From: Calditrichia bacterium
GTDB taxonomy: Bacteria; Calditrichota; Calditrichia; JAJRVZ01
Direction of reading: 5' to 3'
Assembly (NCBI GenBank): GCA_963777955.1
Contig: CAVZSQ010000013.1
Span: 32,001 to 96,000, forward strand
DNA length: 64,000 nucleotides
This document shows, one piece after another, positions 31,572 to 42,292 of the stretch (its first letter is position 1; each line of letters starts with the position of its first letter). The translations under genes were made by a program, and so were the position numbers. A model generated the notes under the pieces. That model had not been told where the DNA came from. It did not search any database and saw nothing but the letters and a program-made list of their open reading frames with translations.

Positions 31572-33824
31572 CTAGATCTTCATCAGCTCCGCTAAGGTAT
31601 TAAAATATAACGCAGATAAGTCAGCGATTGGGATCGTAAACCAATTATTAAACTGGAATACATTTCCGCCCACCTGACCAACTCGATGCAGCGGGATATT
31701 AAGTTCACCAAAATGTTTTTCCAGGGCATTTTTATGTTCAGCAGCCGCAGAAATAATAAAACGCGACTGGCTCTCGCTGAAACATAATACGTCGGGACGC
31801 AGCGCTGAAAACATATTCGCGCTTAAGCCAAACATTCGCTCCTGATTACCTATGCAACATTCGGCCAGCGCGATGATTAGACCGCCATCGGCTAGATCAT
31901 GGGCAGATTTCACCAAACCTTTGCGGATAGCGCTTAATACACTGTCCTGTGTCTGTTTTTCCAGTTGCAGATCAAGATTGGGGGGTAATCCGGCCACTTT
32001 TCCATGCACAACTTTTAAATATTCACTGCCTCCGATTTCGGCAAACGTTGTTCCGATTATATACACCAGATCCCCATCCTTCTGGAAATAAGCTGGAGTT
32101 ATATGTTTAAGGTCATCAATAAGGCCGATCATACCGATCACCGGCGTGGGATAAACCTGGTATATTTCGCTTTCGTTATAAAAACTTACATTTCCGCCGG
32201 TTACCGGTGTATCTAAAGCACGGCAGGCCTTCCCCATTCCGGCAATAACCTCGGCAAATTGCCAGTACACCTGAGGCTTATACGGATTGCCGAAGTTCAG
32301 ACAATTTGTTACAGCTACTGGTTTGGCGCCGCTGCAAATCACATTGCGTGCCGATTCTGCTACAGCGATTGCTGCTCCATCGCGCGGCGCCAGGTAGACA
32401 AAGCGGGCATTACAATCGGTCTTCATCGCCAGCGCTTTATTCGTTCCTTTTATCCGCGTGACAGCTGCATCACCGCCAGGTTCAATTACCGTGTTAGTCC
32501 GTACCATATAATCATACTGCTCAAACACCCATTTCTTGCTGACAATATTCGGCGAAGTGAAAACTTTACGAAAAGCGACTTCGAGATCAGCGGGCGGGGG
32601 TATCTGGTTCAGATCGAATTGCTGTAACTCCCGCAGATAGGACGGAAATTCGGTTTCCCGCTTGTACACAGGTGCGCCGTCGCCCGCCGATAAATAGTAA
32701 GATGGGATATCGGCTACCAGCTGGTTATGAAAATAGATTTTTAAATTCTGATGATCAGCTACTCGTCCGATTTTTGAAAAATCAAGATCCCATTTATGAC
32801 AAATCTGTTCAAATTTATCTTCCATACCAGGCCGACATATCACCAGCATGCGCTCCTGTGATTCGGATAACATTATCTCGTAAGGGATCATGTCTTTTTC
32901 GCGTAAATGCAATTGATCCAGCCATATTTCAATTCCCAGTTTGCTGTTTGCACTGATTTCCGAACTGGAACTGGTCAGGCCGGCGGCACCCATATCCTGG
33001 ATTCCTTCGATAACATTTTCCTTGATCAATTCCAGAGTTACTTCCAGTAATAATTTTTCGGTAAAAGGATCGCCAACCTGTACGGAACTGCGTTTACTTT
33101 CCGATTCTTCACTTAATTCCACACTGGCGAATGTCGCACCGTGAATTCCATCCCGCCCCGTTGAAGATCCGATTGCATAGACCGCTGCTCCCGGAGATTT
33201 TACCCGGGCCCGGGCAATCTGGTCTTTTTTAACCACCCCGACCGTCATGGCATTGACCAGACAATTATCGGTATAACATTCTTCGAAATATACTTCTCCG
33301 GCTACGGTAGGGATACCAAGGCAATTGCCATAATCCCCGATGCCTTTCACAACTCCGTTGAACAGATAGCGATTGTGCTGGTTATTCAAATCACCAAAGC
33401 GCAGTGAATCAAGCGCTGCAATGGGACGGGCACCCATAGTAAAAATATCGCGCATTATGCCCCCTACACCGGTGGCAGCACCCTGGTAGGGTTCAACTGC
33501 GGAGGGATGGTTATGACTTTCGATTTTAAAAGCAACTGCCAGGCCATCTCCGATATCAATCAAACCGGCATTTTCCTCACCTGCTCCCACGAGCATATTT
33601 TTGCCTTCGCGGGGAAGAGTTTTTAATTGCAGCAGAGAATTTTTGTAACTGCAATGTTCACTCCACATGACCGAAAAAATCCCCAATTCGGTGTACGTCG
33701 GTACACGTTTCATAATGTCGATGATTTTGTTGTACTCTTCTTCATTCAAACCGTGTTCCCTGGCCAATTTTAAATCTACAATCGGTTCTTTTACCACCTG
33801 GTACTCCCTGTTGTTGATTGGCAT
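31572..33824 (-). CDS. purL: Phosphoribosylformylglycinamidine synthase subunit PurL (small type)
   Basis: [68 protein letters not shown]. Confidence 0.97.
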   Translation of the reverse strand: MPINNREYQVVKEPIVDLKLAREHGLNEEEYNKIIDIMKRVPTYTELGIFSVMWSEHCSYKNSLLQLKTLPREGKNMLVGAGEENAGLIDIGDGLAVAFKIESHNHPSAVEPYQGAATGVGGIMRDIFTMGARPIAALDSLRFGDLNNQHNRYLFNGVVKGIGDYGNCLGIPTVAGEVYFEECYTDNCLVNAMTVGVVKKDQIARARVKSPGAAVYAIGSSTGRDGIHGATFASVELSEESESKRSSVQVGDPFTEKLLLEVTLELIKENVIEGIQDMGAAGLTSSSSEISANSKLGIEIWLDQLHLREKDMIPYEIMLSESQERMLVICRPGMEDKFEQICHKWDLDFSKIGRVADHQNLKIYFHNQLVADIPSYYLSAGDGAPVYKRETEFPSYLRELQQFDLNQIPPPADLEVAFRKVFTSPNIVSKKWVFEQYDYMVRTNTVIEPGGDAAVTRIKGTNKALAMKTDCNARFVYLAPRDGAAIAVAESARNVICSGAKPVAVTNCLNFGNPYKPQVYWQFAEVIAGMGKACRALDTPVTGGNVSFYNESEIYQVYPTPVIGMIGLIDDLKHITPAYFQKDGDLVYIIGTTFAEIGGSEYLKVVHGKVAGLPPNLDLQLEKQTQDSVLSAIRKGLVKSAHDLADGGLIIALAECCIGNQERMFGLSANMFSALRPDVLCFSESQSRFIISAAAEHKNALEKHFGELNIPLHRVGQVGGNVFQFNNWFTIPIADLSALYFNTLAELMKI

Positions 33825-34005
33825 ATAATCGCTAAGAATAACACCTGATCCACAAATTTAAATAAAAACTGGAAAATAACTAAGTAAAAGTCTTGGAAAA
33901 ATATTTATTTCTGACCCATCCCCCCTGTCCACTATCCCGGGATTGTATTTTTCACTCACTATGATTAATATTGCTCAAAATATGCATGAGCAGTGCTAAC
34001 GAATT

Positions 34006-34818
34006 ATGACCACAGGATTAATATTTGACATCAAACGCTATACTATACATGATGGACCAGGAATACGTACAACCGTATTCTGTAAGGGCTGTCCATTGCG
34101 ATGTCTGTGGTGTCATAATCCAGAAGGCCAACCTGCGGATGCTGAAAAATCTGCCTGGGGGTACGGACCGCCGCAGGTCTGTTTACCCCACTCAGCTATG
34201 AATCTATCCGGACTGTCAGGCCGGGAGATATCCGTTGAGGAAATAATCAAAGAAATCGAGAAAGACCTTCTTTTTTATGACCAGTCCGGCGGGGGCGTAA
34301 CTATCTCGGGCGGTGAACCATTGTCTCAGCCAGAATTTGTCGCAGACCTGCTATATCAGTGTAAACAAAAAGGGATCCATACTGCGCTCGACACTTGCGG
34401 TTATGCCCCCTGGGAAGACTTTGTCCCGCTTCTGAATCTTGTCGATCTTTTCCTTTACGATCTGAAATTTATTGATGATGCCCTGCATCAAAAATATACC
34501 ATGGTCAGTAACCGGCTGATCCTGGAAAATTTAATCAAATTATCAAAAACTGGAATTCAAATCTTCATTCGCATTCCGGTTATTCCGGATATTACGGCTA
34601 CCCCTGAAAATTTAACACAATTAGCCGAATTTATCCTTACCTTGCATACCGTTAAACAGGTCAGTCTTTTAACTTATAATTTTATGGCTGAAGAAAAATA
34701 CAAAAAACTTGATAAAAGTTATCCATTACAGGGACTTCGTCCCTTGTCAGGACAGCGGATGAACGAGGTCAAAAAGCACTTTGAAAAATACGGACTGGCG
34801 GTAAATATTGGGGGTTGA
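34006..34818 (+). CDS. Glycyl-radical enzyme activating protein (HypD activase)
   Basis: HDGPGIRTTVFCKGCPLRCLWCHNPE, GGGVTISGGEP, HTALDTCG, LYDLK. Its end overlaps the start of the glycyl-radical enzyme gene. Confidence 0.92.
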   Translation: MTTGLIFDIKRYTIHDGPGIRTTVFCKGCPLRCLWCHNPEGQPADAEKSAWGYGPPQVCLPHSAMNLSGLSGREISVEEIIKEIEKDLLFYDQSGGGVTISGGEPLSQPEFVADLLYQCKQKGIHTALDTCGYAPWEDFVPLLNLVDLFLYDLKFIDDALHQKYTMVSNRLILENLIKLSKTGIQIFIRIPVIPDITATPENLTQLAEFILTLHTVKQVSLLTYNFMAEEKYKKLDKSYPLQGLRPLSGQRMNEVKKHFEKYGLAVNIGG

Positions 34819-37187
34819 ATATGAATGACAGAATCAGCACTTTGCGCGAACAAAGTCTGCAAATTAAACCATCCCTTTCGGTCGAGCGTGCCGTGCTGAT
34901 CACCGATTTTTACCAAAGCGGTCTGGCCGAACGGGTTTCAGTACCTGTGGCCCGGGCACTTGCTTTACAATATTTGCTAAACCACAAGAAAATCTGCATT
35001 CTGGAAGGAGAACTGATCGTAGGCGAACGGGGACCCGCGCCCAAAGCCACCCCCACCTATCCGGAAATATGCGTACATAGTCTGCAAGATCTGGAGATCC
35101 TCAATTCCCGCGAGAAGATTTCTTTCACTGTTGATGAAGCATCTCGAAAAATCTACGCCGAAAAAATAATTCCCTTCTGGCAGGGACGTTCTATGCGTGA
35201 CCGTATTTTTGATCATCTTGATCAATCATGGATCAATGCCTACCAGGCGGGTGTTTTTACGGAATTCATGGAACAACGCGCTCCGGGTCATACCGTACTG
35301 GATGATAAAATATACACTAAGGGTATGGAAGACTTTAAGCGGGAGATCGAACTGCAAATCAGGAAACTGGATTATTTCCATGATCCCCACTCCGTTCAGA
35401 AAAGCCAGCAGTTAAAAGCCATGACCATCGCGGCTGATACGCTGACCGACTTCGCCCGGCGCTATGCCCGCCAGGCCGAGGAGATGGCCGATCAGCAGAA
35501 AAATATAGAACGCCGGCAGGAATTATTGCATATGGCGGAGATCTGTCGATGGGTACCCGCTCAGGCACCACGCACTTTCTGGGAGGCACTGCAATATTAC
35601 TGGTTTGTGCACCTGGGAGTAATCAGCGAATTAAATACCTGGGATTCTTTTAATCCCGGTCGCCTGGATCAACACTTATATCCCTTTTACAAACATGACC
35701 TGGAGACAGGAACATTGACCCGGGAAAAAGCCACTGAATTGTTGCAGGCATTCTGGATTAAATTTAATAACCAACCTGCCCCGCCTAAAGTCGGAGTTAC
35801 GGCCCTGGAAAGCGGCACCTACACAGATTTTGCCCTGATTAATCTGGGTGGAGTAAAGACCGATGGTTCAGATGCGGTTAATGAACTTACCTACCTGATA
35901 CTGGATGTGATTGAGGAAATGCGGCTGGTACAACCCAGTTCGATGATACAAGTCAGTAAAAAAAATCCCGACCGCCTATTAAAACGGGCTCTGCAAATCA
36001 TCAAAACCGGCTTCGGCCAGCCATCGGTCTTTAATACCGAGGCGATCATCCAGGAATTGATCCGTCAGGGCAAAAGCCTGGCCGATGCCCGCAACGGCGG
36101 TGCCAGCGGTTGTGTGGAAGCCGGAGCCTTCGGTAAAGAAGCCTATATCCTGACCGGATATTTCAATCTGCCCAAGATTCTGGAAATAACCCTTCATGAT
36201 GGACTTGATCCGCTCAGCGGAAAAATTATTGGACCGCCTACAGGGAATCCGCAAAAATTGGCAGCGGGTTATGATGAATTATGGTCTGCTTATACCAGAC
36301 AATTGAATCATTTCCTTGATATAAAAATTAAAGGGAATATGATCATCGAACAACTGTGGGCTCAGTATCTTCCTGCGCCATTTCTGTCTGTTTTAATTGA
36401 TGATTGTACTACCAAAGGCATGGATTATAATTGCGGCGGCGCCCGCTATAATTCATCCTACATCCAGGGGGTCGGGATAGGAACCATTACCGATTCTTTG
36501 ACAGCGTTAAAATACCAGGTCTTCGATCAGCGTAAAATTTCCCTGCCTGAATTTGTATCTGCGCTGGACAATAATTTTAAAGGATATGAGTCATTTCAAT
36601 CGGACCTGCTGCGGGCAACCCCTAAATATGGTAACGATAACGAATATGCTGATGAAATCCTCCGGCAGATATTTGAAGCGTATTTTCAGGCAATTGACGG
36701 CCGGCCTACGGCCAGAGGCGGACAATTCCGGATCAATCTGCTCCCTACCACCGTACATATCTATTTTGGCAGTGTACTCGGCGCTACCCCTGACGGCCGC
36801 AGGTCCGGCGAACCAGTCTCGGAGGGAATTTCACCCGTGCAGGGAGCCGATACGAATGGTCCCACCGCCGTACTCAAATCGGCTGCCAAAATTGATCACC
36901 TGCGTACCGGCGGTACCTTGCTTAACCAGAAATTTTCACCCCAATTACTGGCCAGAGATGCAGATATTGAAAAGTTAGTGCAACTTATTCGTACCTATTT
37001 CCGCATGGATGGTCATCATATCCAATTCAATGTAGTCACTGCAGAAACTTTACGGGAAGCGCAAAAGGACCCGTTGCAATATCGCGACCTGATTGTTCGC
37101 GTGGCGGGTTATAGTGATTATTTTGTCGATCTGAGTCCTGCTTTGCAGGAAGAAATCATCCGTCGCACCGAGCATAATGATCTTTAG
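34815..37187 (+). CDS. hypD: trans-4-hydroxy-L-proline dehydratase (glycyl-radical enzyme)
   Basis: PTYPEIC, FTEFMEQRAPGHT, WDSFNPGRLDQH, NNQPAPPKVG..ESGTYTDF, SGCVEAG, LTGYFN, LPTT, and the glycyl loop RVAGYS. These match the HypD subfamily as I recall it, not PFL (no Cys-Cys pair). Confidence 0.88.
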   Translation: MNMNDRISTLREQSLQIKPSLSVERAVLITDFYQSGLAERVSVPVARALALQYLLNHKKICILEGELIVGERGPAPKATPTYPEICVHSLQDLEILNSREKISFTVDEASRKIYAEKIIPFWQGRSMRDRIFDHLDQSWINAYQAGVFTEFMEQRAPGHTVLDDKIYTKGMEDFKREIELQIRKLDYFHDPHSVQKSQQLKAMTIAADTLTDFARRYARQAEEMADQQKNIERRQELLHMAEICRWVPAQAPRTFWEALQYYWFVHLGVISELNTWDSFNPGRLDQHLYPFYKHDLETGTLTREKATELLQAFWIKFNNQPAPPKVGVTALESGTYTDFALINLGGVKTDGSDAVNELTYLILDVIEEMRLVQPSSMIQVSKKNPDRLLKRALQIIKTGFGQPSVFNTEAIIQELIRQGKSLADARNGGASGCVEAGAFGKEAYILTGYFNLPKILEITLHDGLDPLSGKIIGPPTGNPQKLAAGYDELWSAYTRQLNHFLDIKIKGNMIIEQLWAQYLPAPFLSVLIDDCTTKGMDYNCGGARYNSSYIQGVGIGTITDSLTALKYQVFDQRKISLPEFVSALDNNFKGYESFQSDLLRATPKYGNDNEYADEILRQIFEAYFQAIDGRPTARGGQFRINLLPTTVHIYFGSVLGATPDGRRSGEPVSEGISPVQGADTNGPTAVLKSAAKIDHLRTGGTLLNQKFSPQLLARDADIEKLVQLIRTYFRMDGHHIQFNVVTAETLREAQKDPLQYRDLIVRVAGYSDYFVDLSPALQEEIIRRTEHNDL

Positions 37188-37218
37188 GATCACCGGCCGG
37201 TCGATTTATTGCCTGAAT

Positions 37219-37794
37219 TTACCTGAGCCAGTTATAACTTTTAATCTCAGAATATTCAGCTCCGGAAGGTTTTAATTCACTGCGTATCAAGGCGATTTTA
37301 TCAACTTCAAAAACCTGTTCGCTAAATGGAGTTTTTTCCAGATAACTGAATAGATTCGTAAAATTTTGCAACTTTTTTACCCGTCCCAGGGTCAGATGCG
37401 CTGAAAAATCCTGCTCTTCCACACTGAAACCAAGCGGTTTGAGATTATCATCGATCCAGGCATGGATCTCATTCAGGCTATTGCCTGAATCCTGCTCCAA
37501 CCCCAACCAGAATACCCGTGGTTTGGATTTATTGGGAAAACACCCGCTCCCCTTCACCTTTATGCTGAAGGGTTTATAAAGGTGGGCCAACGGTTCTAAA
37601 ATTTCCTCAACCTGCCTGACCAGATCGGGTTTAATCTCACCTAAAAATTTTAAGGTTATGTGCATACTATTTGCTTTGACCCAATGTATATCGGGTTCAA
37701 TTTTTTTAAGAGCCTGAATGTACTGTTCTATCGCAGACAAAACAGTTGCCGGCACTTTTACTGCTACAAAACAACGGATTAATTGTTCAGTCAT
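37219..37794 (-). CDS. thpR: RNA 2',3'-cyclic phosphodiesterase (2H phosphoesterase)
   Basis: RCFVAV, HITLKFLG, HLTLGR, SELKPSGAEY. RBS AAGGAG before the ATG at 37794. Confidence 0.92.
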   Translation of the reverse strand: MTEQLIRCFVAVKVPATVLSAIEQYIQALKKIEPDIHWVKANSMHITLKFLGEIKPDLVRQVEEILEPLAHLYKPFSIKVKGSGCFPNKSKPRVFWLGLEQDSGNSLNEIHAWIDDNLKPLGFSVEEQDFSAHLTLGRVKKLQNFTNLFSYLEKTPFSEQVFEVDKIALIRSELKPSGAEYSEIKSYNWLR

Positions 37795-37859
37795 ACTCCT
37801 ATCCTTAATAGTTAGTTGTATTTCGATTGCTTGTATCAAGAATCATATTAAAAGAGAAT

Positions 37860-38783
37860 TCATTCACTGTAACCAAATTGCCTGAGTTGAACTTTATCGC
37901 GCCGCCAGTTTTTGCGTACTTTTACCCGCAATTCCAGATAAATTTCCCTTTGTAGAAACTTCTCAATCTCGCCTCTGGCTTGAAGACCTATTTTGCCCAG
38001 CGCACTCCCCTTTTTACCGATCAGAATTGCTTTCTGTGAATCCCGCTCGGTAAAAATAACCGCACGGATATAATCTTTGCGTCCTTCCCGTTCCTTGAAT
38101 TCTTCAATCACCACCTCGGTACAATAGGGAATCTCGGCTCCGAAGTGTAAAAAAACCTGCTCGCGGATGAGTTCAGCCACAAAAAACTTTTCCGGTTGAT
38201 CGGTCAGGGTATCGGCATCATAGTAAGGCGGATGCCAGGGCAGCACTGCTAAGAATTCCGTAAGCAGCCGGGTCAGGCCGTCTCCTTTAAGTGCTGAAAC
38301 GGGGATCAGGGCCTGAAATGGATATAGCCGGTTATAGAGATCCAGCAACGGTAATAAATCTGATTTTTTACCCAGATCAATTTTATTAATGATCAGCAGA
38401 ACCGGTTTCTTAGCCGGATTCATTTTTTTAATAAGATCCACCTCGGCAGCCACCAACTGTTCCGCAGCAGTGCTGCCGGCCGTCAGGGCTTCAACCATAT
38501 AAAGCAGGGCGTCAGCATCGGCAATGGCCAGTTGAATCTGTCTTAACATAACCTGCTGGAGTTCATACTTTGATTGCTCCAGAATTCCGGGTGTATCCAA
38601 GAACATAATCTGATAGGAAGTGCCGTTCATGATACCCAGCAGACGACGACGGGTAGTCTGCGGCCGCGGTGAGGTAATCGACAATTTATAATCCAGCAGT
38701 TTATTCAGCAGCGTGGATTTACCGACGTTGGGCCGGCCGATCAGGGCCAGATATCCGGCTTTGAATTTTGTTTGATCCATCAT
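37860..38783 (-). CDS. era: GTPase Era
   Basis: GRPNVGKSTL, PQTTR, DTPG, NKID, SAL, KH domain with EIPY and ILIGKKG. Confidence 0.96.
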   Translation of the reverse strand: MMDQTKFKAGYLALIGRPNVGKSTLLNKLLDYKLSITSPRPQTTRRRLLGIMNGTSYQIMFLDTPGILEQSKYELQQVMLRQIQLAIADADALLYMVEALTAGSTAAEQLVAAEVDLIKKMNPAKKPVLLIINKIDLGKKSDLLPLLDLYNRLYPFQALIPVSALKGDGLTRLLTEFLAVLPWHPPYYDADTLTDQPEKFFVAELIREQVFLHFGAEIPYCTEVVIEEFKEREGRKDYIRAVIFTERDSQKAILIGKKGSALGKIGLQARGEIEKFLQREIYLELRVKVRKNWRRDKVQLRQFGYSE

Positions 38784-39387
38784 TCTTTGAGACCACCGAT
38801 AAGTTTAAATAATCCGTCCAGTTGTTCTTTCAAGAGAGGATGCTTCGTATCCTGAGGCAGATGCTTTGCTTCTTTCTCAAATAGAATTCCCCGCGGACTT
38901 ATAAAGATAAAACGGAAGGGGTGTAATAATCCGATGCTGCCTGTAAAATTTGATCCGGTTAATTTTGTTTTAATTTTTGAAGAATCAGCCAGGCGAATAC
39001 CGTAAAGCGGAGGATCGGAACCTGGTAAGGGTCTGTACTCAGCTATGGACTTTTCTGCGATCTCCTGCAACCATGGATAGGCTGAGATCGTGATCGATTC
39101 GCTCAGATCAGCAGTTAAACTGATATCAATCAGACTTGACACGCCCTTTTTTAGTTCTTTCACTGCTGAAGTTGATGGTCAGATCCGCATCCCGGTACCG
39201 GCCCTGATAAACCGGCCTGGAAAAAAAATCCCGGCGCATTACCTGACCTCCAATATCATCGGCCAGATCCAGCAGGTTTGACTGGATCGTATCCCAGTAC
39301 CATTTTCGCAATATATTCAATATAATGAATATGCAACAGTACTACAGCAAGCGGGATAAGCAGGAACAATAACCAGGAGTGTGTCAT
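38780..39387 (-). CDS. Hypothetical protein with an N-terminal membrane anchor (two apparent frameshifts)
   Basis: Three overlapping ORFs (39256..39459, 39126..39320, 38780..39163) fill the gap between the M50 gene and era. Likely start MTHSWLLFLL at 39387. Confidence 0.5.
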
Positions 39388-39401
39388 TCTTACCACCACA
39401 A

Positions 39402-40514
39402 TTATGATGTATAGATTGGACTGGGTAAAAAGCAGGTGATGAAAATCAGGTAAGAACACCAGGCTAAAACCCTGCGGCCGGGATCAAGCGGAATCTGATC
39501 ATTCATGGTCGGCGGATGTTTCAGGCGAATAACAAAAAATATTAACAAAATCCACAGATACCAGTTGGGGAAGAAAAACGATAGTACCACCATGGCCAGA
39601 AAAGCAAACCAGGCCACATAGTACGCTCTTTTCCCGAATAAGGCATAACTGATATGTCCACCGTCCAGTTGCCCGATCGGGATCAGATTCAGGGCCGTCA
39701 CCAGCAATCCGATCCAGCCGGCAAAAATGTAGGGGAAATGGTAAACTTCATACATCGGTAAATATTCGACTCCCATCAGATTCCGAAGAAAATCAAACAA
39801 TAGTGAACTGCCCAAAGTCAGTGCACCGCTGCCATCCCCGGCCCAGGGATGAATCTGCGAGACATATAACTTAACCCCCTCGAGGTCGGGAAGTTGCCAG
39901 AATCCGCTAATGATGAAAATTAAACTCATTATAAATCCGGCCAGGGGTCCGGCAATACCCACATCCAGTAATGCCCGTTTATCCGGTATCGGCGATTTTA
40001 TTTTTATAAAGGCGCCAAAAGTACCAAAACTAAAATAGGGGATGAAAAATGGGAGAAAATAGGGCAAGGTCGCATAAATGCGATGCCGGCGGGCATACCA
40101 GTAGTGGCCGAACTCATGAGCGCCAAGAATGATCAGCAGACTGAACGCGTAAGGCATACCCCAGACAAAATTATGGAAATTCGCAAACGGATCCCGGCCG
40201 ACCAGCATGGCCCCGGTCAGACAGGTGGTTACCAGCGTGGCCAGAAATAGAATAATATTGATGCGAATATTTTCTTTCTTATGCTGTGCATATTCAGCCA
40301 GTACCTGCAACACATATTCGCGCGGTGTGACCTGTAACTGTGAATGAAGCCCGTTAGCCAGCAAGGCCTGTTGAATATATTCAATTTCCTGCAGGGAAAT
40401 TTTATCTTTTTTCTGCCGGTATACAACCGCACCGAATAAACGGCTGGAAAAATCCAGCACCATCCGGTTTGCGATAATCCTTCGGGAATATTCAATAAGT
40501 TCATTTACCCGCAC
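39402..40514 (-). CDS. Site-2 protease (peptidase M50) family
   Basis: HEFGH, IAGPLAG, NLIPIGQLDGGH, multiple transmembrane segments. Confidence 0.92.
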   Translation of the reverse strand: MRVNELIEYSRRIIANRMVLDFSSRLFGAVVYRQKKDKISLQEIEYIQQALLANGLHSQLQVTPREYVLQVLAEYAQHKKENIRINIILFLATLVTTCLTGAMLVGRDPFANFHNFVWGMPYAFSLLIILGAHEFGHYWYARRHRIYATLPYFLPFFIPYFSFGTFGAFIKIKSPIPDKRALLDVGIAGPLAGFIMSLIFIISGFWQLPDLEGVKLYVSQIHPWAGDGSGALTLGSSLLFDFLRNLMGVEYLPMYEVYHFPYIFAGWIGLLVTALNLIPIGQLDGGHISYALFGKRAYYVAWFAFLAMVVLSFFFPNWYLWILLIFFVIRLKHPPTMNDQIPLDPGRRVLAWCSYLIFITCFLPSPIYTS

Positions 40515-40630
40515 AACATTTCGCTTTCATAAATTTGATATTTCTAGCAGACGGGAAACAACACGTCAACCGTTTTTACCCCTTCTGGTGACCTTCCCGG
40601 TTGCAGCAGTCTCAGACCCGACAGGTGCTA

Positions 40631-41338
40631 TTAATTTTCGATTTCACCCGTCATCGGTACAAAACGGACTGGCAGCAGGGTTTGTTGCGTAATTCCCAGC
40701 GCATTTTTCTGGATCAGCACCAGATCCTGAGAGAAATCACCCAGCGGCAGGATCATTCGACCGCCGATGCGCAGTTGGTCCGCCAGCGGCTGTGGTATCT
40801 TGGTAGGTGCAGCAGTGATAATAATTGCGTCGAAAGGTGCATGCTCCGGCCAGCCTTTATATCCGTCGCCGCTTTTAACATAAATGTTTTCATAATCCAG
40901 ATCTTTTAAGGTTTTTTCGGCACGGCGGGCCAGCACATCGACAATCTCAATTGTAAAAACCGAGTCGGTCAATTCGGCCAGAACTGCGGCCTGGTAACCT
41001 GATCCTGTACCTATCTCCAATACCTTGTCTCCGGGTTCTATTTCGAGTTTCTCGGTCATATAGGCCACGATATAGGGCTGGGAAATAGTCTGATCCTCAC
41101 CAATAGGCAGGGGTTCATCTGCGTAAGCGTATTTTCTTAAATGATCCGGTACAAATTTATGACGCGGTACTTTGCGCATGGCCTGCAAAACCTTCGCATC
41201 ATGAATACCGCGTCTTTCAATCTGATCCTGGACCATACTGATCCTTAATTTCTCGTACATTTTTTCCGAATTTATATTTTGGGTTTGTTGTTGTCCACAA
41301 CCTAAAACGAACAGGCTTATCAATATTACTGGTCTCAT
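40631..41338 (-). CDS. pcm: Protein-L-isoaspartate O-methyltransferase
   Basis: [50 protein letters not shown]-terminal [14 protein letters not shown]. Confidence 0.94.
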   Translation of the reverse strand: MRPVILISLFVLGCGQQQTQNINSEKMYEKLRISMVQDQIERRGIHDAKVLQAMRKVPRHKFVPDHLRKYAYADEPLPIGEDQTISQPYIVAYMTEKLEIEPGDKVLEIGTGSGYQAAVLAELTDSVFTIEIVDVLARRAEKTLKDLDYENIYVKSGDGYKGWPEHAPFDAIIITAAPTKIPQPLADQLRIGGRMILPLGDFSQDLVLIQKNALGITQQTLLPVRFVPMTGEIEN

Positions 41339-41346
41339 ATAATTCC

Positions 41347-42282
41347 TCAATTGCCGGCCAGGCAACGAATATGGGTCAGTACGCTCTGCGCCAGCGCCGG
41401 CAGGTTATAACCGCCCTCCAGCATGGAAATAATCCTGCCGGCGGCATACTTCTCCGCATATTCCAGTACCAGTTCGGTCATGGCGCGGAATCCGCTCTCA
41501 GTCACCAGCATACCGGCCAGCGGATCATCGCGATGAGCATCGAAACCGGCGGAGATCAGAACCAGGTCGGCCTGAAACCGGTCAGCAATCCAGGCCAGAT
41601 CACGGCCAAAGGACTGCAGATAGTCATGATCTTCGCTTCCGGCCGGCAAAGGCCGGTTTAACGTAAATCCCGCGCCCCGGCCCAGGCCTGTTTCATTTTC
41701 ACTGCCGCTGCCGGGATAAAACGGATATTGATGTATACTATAATAAAAAACCGTAGGATCATTTTCAAACTGATGCTGTGTGCCATTACCGTGGTGTACA
41801 TCCCAGTCCACGATCAGGACATTTTCAGCCAGACCAGTTTTTTGAGCAAAGCGTGCGGCCAGCGCGATATTATTAAATATACAAAAACCCATAGCCTTGT
41901 TCCTCTCAGCATGATGACCTGGCGGCCGGACCGCACAAAATATTTTTTTCTCCTGTTTTTTTTCGATGACCTTTACCGCACTTACAGCAGCCCCGGCGGC
42001 ATACTGTGCCGCTGTCAGGGAATCCCGGCTTACCACTGTATCTCCGCCGTCCAACACCCGCACACCCGCATTGATGGCCCGGGTCAGTTTAAAAATGTAC
42101 TCTGCATCATGGACCATTAAAATATTTTCCTCGTCTGCTTTTTCAGGTTCCGCCTTTTCTATTTTTAACGAGGCGATTTCCGCTTCAAGTACCTCATTAA
42201 TAGCCTGTAACCGCTGCAGTCTTTCAGGATGGCCTGCACCGGTATCATGCTGTAAATATATGGGATGATAGAGATAAAGCAA
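41347..42282 (-). CDS. Histone deacetylase-family protein (Zn-dependent deacylase)
   Basis: [45 protein letters not shown]. Probable TTG start at 42282. Confidence 0.93.
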   Translation of the reverse strand: MLYLYHPIYLQHDTGAGHPERLQRLQAINEVLEAEIASLKIEKAEPEKADEENILMVHDAEYIFKLTRAINAGVRVLDGGDTVVSRDSLTAAQYAAGAAVSAVKVIEKKQEKKIFCAVRPPGHHAERNKAMGFCIFNNIALAARFAQKTGLAENVLIVDWDVHHGNGTQHQFENDPTVFYYSIHQYPFYPGSGSENETGLGRGAGFTLNRPLPAGSEDHDYLQSFGRDLAWIADRFQADLVLISAGFDAHRDDPLAGMLVTESGFRAMTELVLEYAEKYAAGRIISMLEGGYNLPALAQSVLTHIRCLAGN

Positions 42283-42292
42283 CCGCGACCTG

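Noticed and set aside
33825..34005. Purine riboswitch upstream of purL (also checked upstream of guaB, 3269-3385)
   Set aside because: Both regions are short and AT-rich with no recognisable aptamer consensus.
34815..37187. Pyruvate formate-lyase
   Set aside because: The active-site loop is SGCVE with a single Cys and HypD-type motifs, not the Cys-Cys of PFL.
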